A DNA stretch of 64,000 bases from NCBI GenBank assembly GCA_964016885.1, contig OZ024742.1:208692001-208756000 (forward strand). The letters are read 5' to 3'. The stretch is from Eledone cirrhosa (taxonomy: Eukaryota). This document shows positions 59,481 to 64,000 of the stretch, piece after piece. Below the pieces are notes generated by a model, which was not told the DNA's origin, did not search any database, and saw only the letters and a program-made list of their open reading frames with translations. Numbering within the stretch: position 1 is the first letter of the stretch; each line of letters starts with the position of its first letter. A program made the translations under genes and the position numbers.

Positions 59481-61935
59481 AGTCCGACTTCCACGAAAGT
59501 CCGACTTCCACGCCGATCTCAATCTGTGGCACGCCGCCCGGGCTTTGCTCTTCCTCTCGACCACATCATCTTCCGTATTCCTAATCTTTGCTCCCAAATA
59601 CAGGAAGTCCTCAACCAATTCTACCGGCTTCCCGCCTACATTACTAATCTTCTCTGGCTTCTTAATATTCTGTACCAGATATTTTGTCTGAATCTCATTC
59701 ATTCTCAGCCCCACACTCATCGATACAGTCTCCGCCTCCTGCCTCCTTCACTATATTTGTCACTGTATTGGTCACCAAAACTATGTCATCCCATCAGGTG
59801 TAATAACTTGGGATTTGGTGTTGGTGTAGAGCAGTGATATCAGGTCCCCTATCTTCTTGGAGATTCCATACGCCTGTAAGATCTTCATCAGGCAGTGACG
59901 GTCAACAGAATCAAAGGCCTTCTTAAAGTCAATGAAAACCATGACCGCAGGAAGGTACTTTCTTTGCTTTGTCCCCTCTAATATCCTCCTTAGCATCAGG
60001 ATGTGACTGGTGGTTGATCATCACTCTCTGAAGCAGTTCTGGTGTCACTTAGCTTCTTCTCCATCTCGGGCTGGAACCTGTTAAGAATCATCCTGTTGAG
60101 TGTCTTTGCCACAAGTGACGTCAGTGAGAACCCCATGTAGTTGGTGTTAGAGACATCTCCCTTTTTCGGCACTGGGACGATGTTACTGATCCTCCACTGA
60201 TTTGGGGAAACTCCTTTCTCCAGTACCTGGTTACAGAACTCCAGGATGATATCATCAAAATCACACTTCTTCATCACCTCTGATGCCATTACATCTTCTC
60301 CATAAGCCTTGCCCTTCTTGATCTGCTCGGCTCTTTGAAGCTCCTCTCTGGTGAAGGGCCCTGTCTCAATATCAAGTCCTCAAATAGCCGCCTGATCTCA
60401 CCAGTGATCTGGGCTGTGGAGAGCGGCTCTCCTAGTAAGGTTCTAAAATGGCCCAGCGATCTCCCCTTCCTATCCTTGGGCCCTGTTCCCTGGATCTGAC
60501 TCGAACACCTCTTCCTCTCTGTGATCTCGTTGGATCATCCAGCTCGCCTTACATCCAAACCTGCTAACCGCTCTCTCAGCACCTCTGATCTTCTCTCTCA
60601 GTGCTTCCTCTCTGGCCTCAGTATAAGCGGTACAGAGTTCTTCCCTCATCACCTCCACATTCTCCTTCCTCTCCTCCGTAGGATCAGCATAGAATTTGTC
60701 TTTGGCAGCTTTCATGTGTTATCTGGCTAAACAACACTTTGGGTCTGCAGAACTAACGTGCTTCCTTGTATTATTTCTTCTCGGCACCAGGGTCTCCTTG
60801 TTCCTGCCACTGCATTGATGAAGTACCCGTACCTCCTCGTCACACTCTCCTCAGTCCCTCCAATCTCTCTCTCCTGTGTCTCTCCTCACTTCTACCGTGA
60901 ACCTCTCCTGTAGCTGATCATCTTCCTAGAAAGCTCCCCAGTCATAGATTGCTCTCCGGGACTGAGCCTTGCTCTTTCTTAAGCTCACTCGGGCGTCACT
61001 CATAACAAGCCGGTGGTCACTACCCAGTGTACTGAAATAGTTGTGTGGTTCTGTGTTCAGAACACTATTCAGCCACTTTTCCCTCACCCGAATGAAATCA
61101 ATCTGGGACTTGGACAGGTGCATATCTGAGATGTAGGTCCACAACTTCCCCAGATTCTTCCTAAACCTCAGGTTGGTTGCTATCAAGTTCGCCTCCAGCA
61201 GGGTGTCTCTCAGTAGTCTTCCATTTCGATTGTTGTTGTTATGGAAGTACCAGCAAGGATCTTCACTGCTCTCCTTACTCAGATGTGCATTGAAGTCCCC
61301 CAGAGCAAACAGGATGCTGTGAACTTGTGTGGTGTTGACAGCTCTACACACCTCCTCATGGAACTCTTCTGCACTCACATCACTGTCTCACTCGGTTGGA
61401 CTATAGGCCGAGATGACTGTCTGTCTTGGGTTTCCATTGAAGGTCACCCTCAACACTCGCGGGAAGACAGGTATTATTTCCCTCACAAATAGATTGGTTT
61501 TTGCGCTGAAACAAAACCAACTCCTACTGCAGCATTGATCATGTTCTTCACTGCTGATGTGGTAATCTCCCCAGTTATCGCACTCCTCACGGGCTCATCG
61601 TGTAGGATCCTGTGTTATTGGATCGCAAGTATCTGCATTCCACTCTCCTCGAACAGATGAGCCAACTCCTGTCTCTTCTCCAGTGTCAAAATACTCCTCA
61701 CGTTCAAAGTGCCGATTTTGATGGCTCTTCTGCAGGATAAAACTGCATTCTTTATATTTGTCTAAGAAACAGCTGATCCATCATCCACTGGCCGTCCCTG
61801 TGGCTCCAAGCCAGCAGAGTCATAACGACCAGACTGCTCCTTGAATGTGTAGTTAGGGGTTCCAACCCTAATGCTGTTAAATACACTCTCCATGGTTCTT
61901 TTCAATGGCTGATAATACCCTACCGGCACCACTCG
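59481..61935 (-). mobile_element. RTE-type LINE (APE + partial RT), degraded and internally deleted
   Basis: IGTLNVRSI, GDFNAH, SDH, PKKGD..NY, FIDFKKAFDSV, DFLYLG. Confidence 0.85.
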
Positions 61936-62161
61936 AATAAAGTAATTATTTATTCCATAAATGAGACCCTAACAGGTACTACTACTCCGGGCCAAAGCAG
62001 ACCTGGGACTCAAGACAACTAACGGGTAACTTCACATTCCCCACAGCTCCTGAACTCCCGAACTGGAACCTTGCCACTGGATGTAGTTTAATGTCATACC
62101 CAGGACAATAATATATATATATATATATATGTATGTATATATATGTGTATATATATATATT

Positions 62162-62246
62162 TGTGTCAGGTCACCAGTTGGTGCTACTGGTAACATGTAT
62201 CCCAGTACAACCTGTCTCATGGTCGGGACGTTGGCGACTAAACTGG
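62162..62246 (+). ncRNA. HDV-like ribozyme fold candidate at the start of a repeat
   Basis: P1 tgtgtcagg/cctgtctca (2 mismatches), P2 ccag/ctgg, P3 ttg/caa, GG, P4 tcg/cga, CTAAA. Confidence 0.35.
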
Positions 62247-62758
62247 CAACCCCACCAAGGTTTCTTGGTGAGGAGGCTGACTTTGGACATCCTGCAGGAC
62301 TAAAAACAAAACCTGTCAAAGGGCAAAGGAGCTCTTAAGAGTCAATGGCCATCCAAAATCACCGGGAGAGATGTCAAGGCAGAATTCTAGGAGAAGGAAA
62401 ACTCTGATATAACACCTGCAACCCTGATGGTATCCAATGATGTTGACTTGTTCTTCTTTTTGGTAAATATCATCTTGGTTAAGAGAGTGGGACTGGCTTT
62501 GTGCAGTGCCTTTGCTCACTATAAAAGCTTCACGGCACAGGCATTGCTTTATATCTGGAGATCTCTCTGCACTTGTCCTCACATGGTACCATGGGCCCAG
62601 CACTATGTGTCAATAATTGTCACAAGTGTAGTGTTTGTACCAGAGTTTTCAAGTCGCTGGCTGGACTAAAAAGTCACACTCGTTCAGCGCATCAGTAGGC
62701 GTTCTCCTACATGGATATAAAGTAGTGGCCGTACTCGAAAACGAGTTGGCAGCCACCA

Positions 62759-62804
<46 letters not shown>

Positions 62805-63190
62805 TATGTAGGTCTCCCTGCCCTAACCATAACACCCCAGTGAGCAAGCGGTATGAACAAACATATGTGAACCAAATGTACATCACAGACCCTGTTCGAA
62901 TAAGCATTAGTGAAGCAACACCCACTAAATAATAAATGTGCATCCCAGACCCAACTTGAACAGGCACTAGTGAAACAACACCCATAATATAAAAATGCAA
63001 AACACCATCATATGAACAGATATAAAAAACCAAGTGGGACTAGATTGTTTGAACACCGGCCAGAGTTACTGCCCCTGCTCAGCGATAATAACAGCACATT
63101 GACGTAGGCGAAGAATGAACTCTGATGTGAATTTAACCGTGAAACCCCTCCTGGGTCGTGTATTGATCATTTTTTTTTTGTTTTCCATGT

Positions 63191-63226
63191 CCTTGATAAG
63201 CTCAATCTGGGCGAAACATACGTAGG
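63191..63226 (+). ncRNA. Variant hammerhead (U3:A8)
   Basis: cc TTGATAA gctca atc tgggc GAAA catacg TA gg; about 57 nt upstream of (TA)n. Confidence 0.45.
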
Positions 63227-63277
63227 TGAACTGTTATATAAACATGTTTTAACGGTTTTAAACTCCTTATATTCATT

Positions 63278-63335
<58 letters not shown>

Positions 63336-63751
63336 ATAACTATTTTCATTCTTCTGTATGCAGAATTATCGACGTATGAATAAAGTATATGCGCCGCTTA
63401 GTTTTTAACCATGTATATTAATGTCGACCAGCATGTATAATTAAAGATTATATCGCTTCCGAAATGTCTCCCTTGCTTCATTTATATTTGGTTTAATAAA
63501 ATGTACGCATTTAATTTCAGCAAACATCAATATTATCATTCTTTTATTTTCTTCTCTTGTTTTAGAATTCCACATAGAAACCTTACTAGCAATATTATCT
63601 TTAACTAGCCCGTCACTTTACTCATTCTATCTTTTTCTATGTTTATCGCCTTACAATAAACATGTTTATCGTTCCTTAAAGTCTGCTTCTACTTTCTCCT
63701 ACACCTATCCATTTTTCTCTAGTTCTCCCTAAATATACCCAATATAACTGC

Positions 63752-63922
<171 letters not shown>

Positions 63923-64000
63923 CTATATTTTATAAAGAATAGGAAAAATATTTAATTATTGGTGTAGGTTATATTTTTCTTAGAAATCAGTTTATAATTC

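Noticed and set aside
63120-63160. CTGATGT..GAAA hammerhead-like string
   Set aside because: A9 is mutated and stems do not pair
63541-63600. Splice-acceptor-like pyrimidine tract + TAG
   Set aside because: No convincing downstream exon or donor

Overview
AT-rich animal genomic DNA made almost entirely of nested transposable elements and (TA)n/(AAT)n microsatellites. The tRNA-derived SINE and the overall repeat mix resemble an octopod cephalopod (inference). No complete host gene is visible, only one candidate promoter/first exon near 22.3 kb. Contents: R4/Dong-type RLE retrotransposons (two main subfamilies plus remnants, about 8 pieces); two Tx1-type L1-clade elements, one with an uninterrupted 1139-aa APE-RT-ZnF ORF2; two RTE elements; three degraded autonomous and several non-autonomous Helitrons; several Penelope-like elements (PLEs; Hydra-like and Neptune-like); seven SINE copies; and about a dozen hammerhead-ribozyme (HHR) motifs. 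The strongest signal is an (ATT)n-targeting system. The Tx1 elements and the SINE share a 3'-terminal stem-loop (loop CTTGT, different stems), an ATTATT target and the same polarity, which suggests a Tx1-SINE partnership. Dong elements use the same microsatellite in the opposite polarity and build retroelement chains. RNA-structure signals include U3:A8 compensatory hammerheads, a foldback whose arm starts near a hammerhead cleavage site, an HDV-like fold, and a pistol-like junction in an RTE leader. All coordinates and pairings were read by eye and may be off by a few bases.
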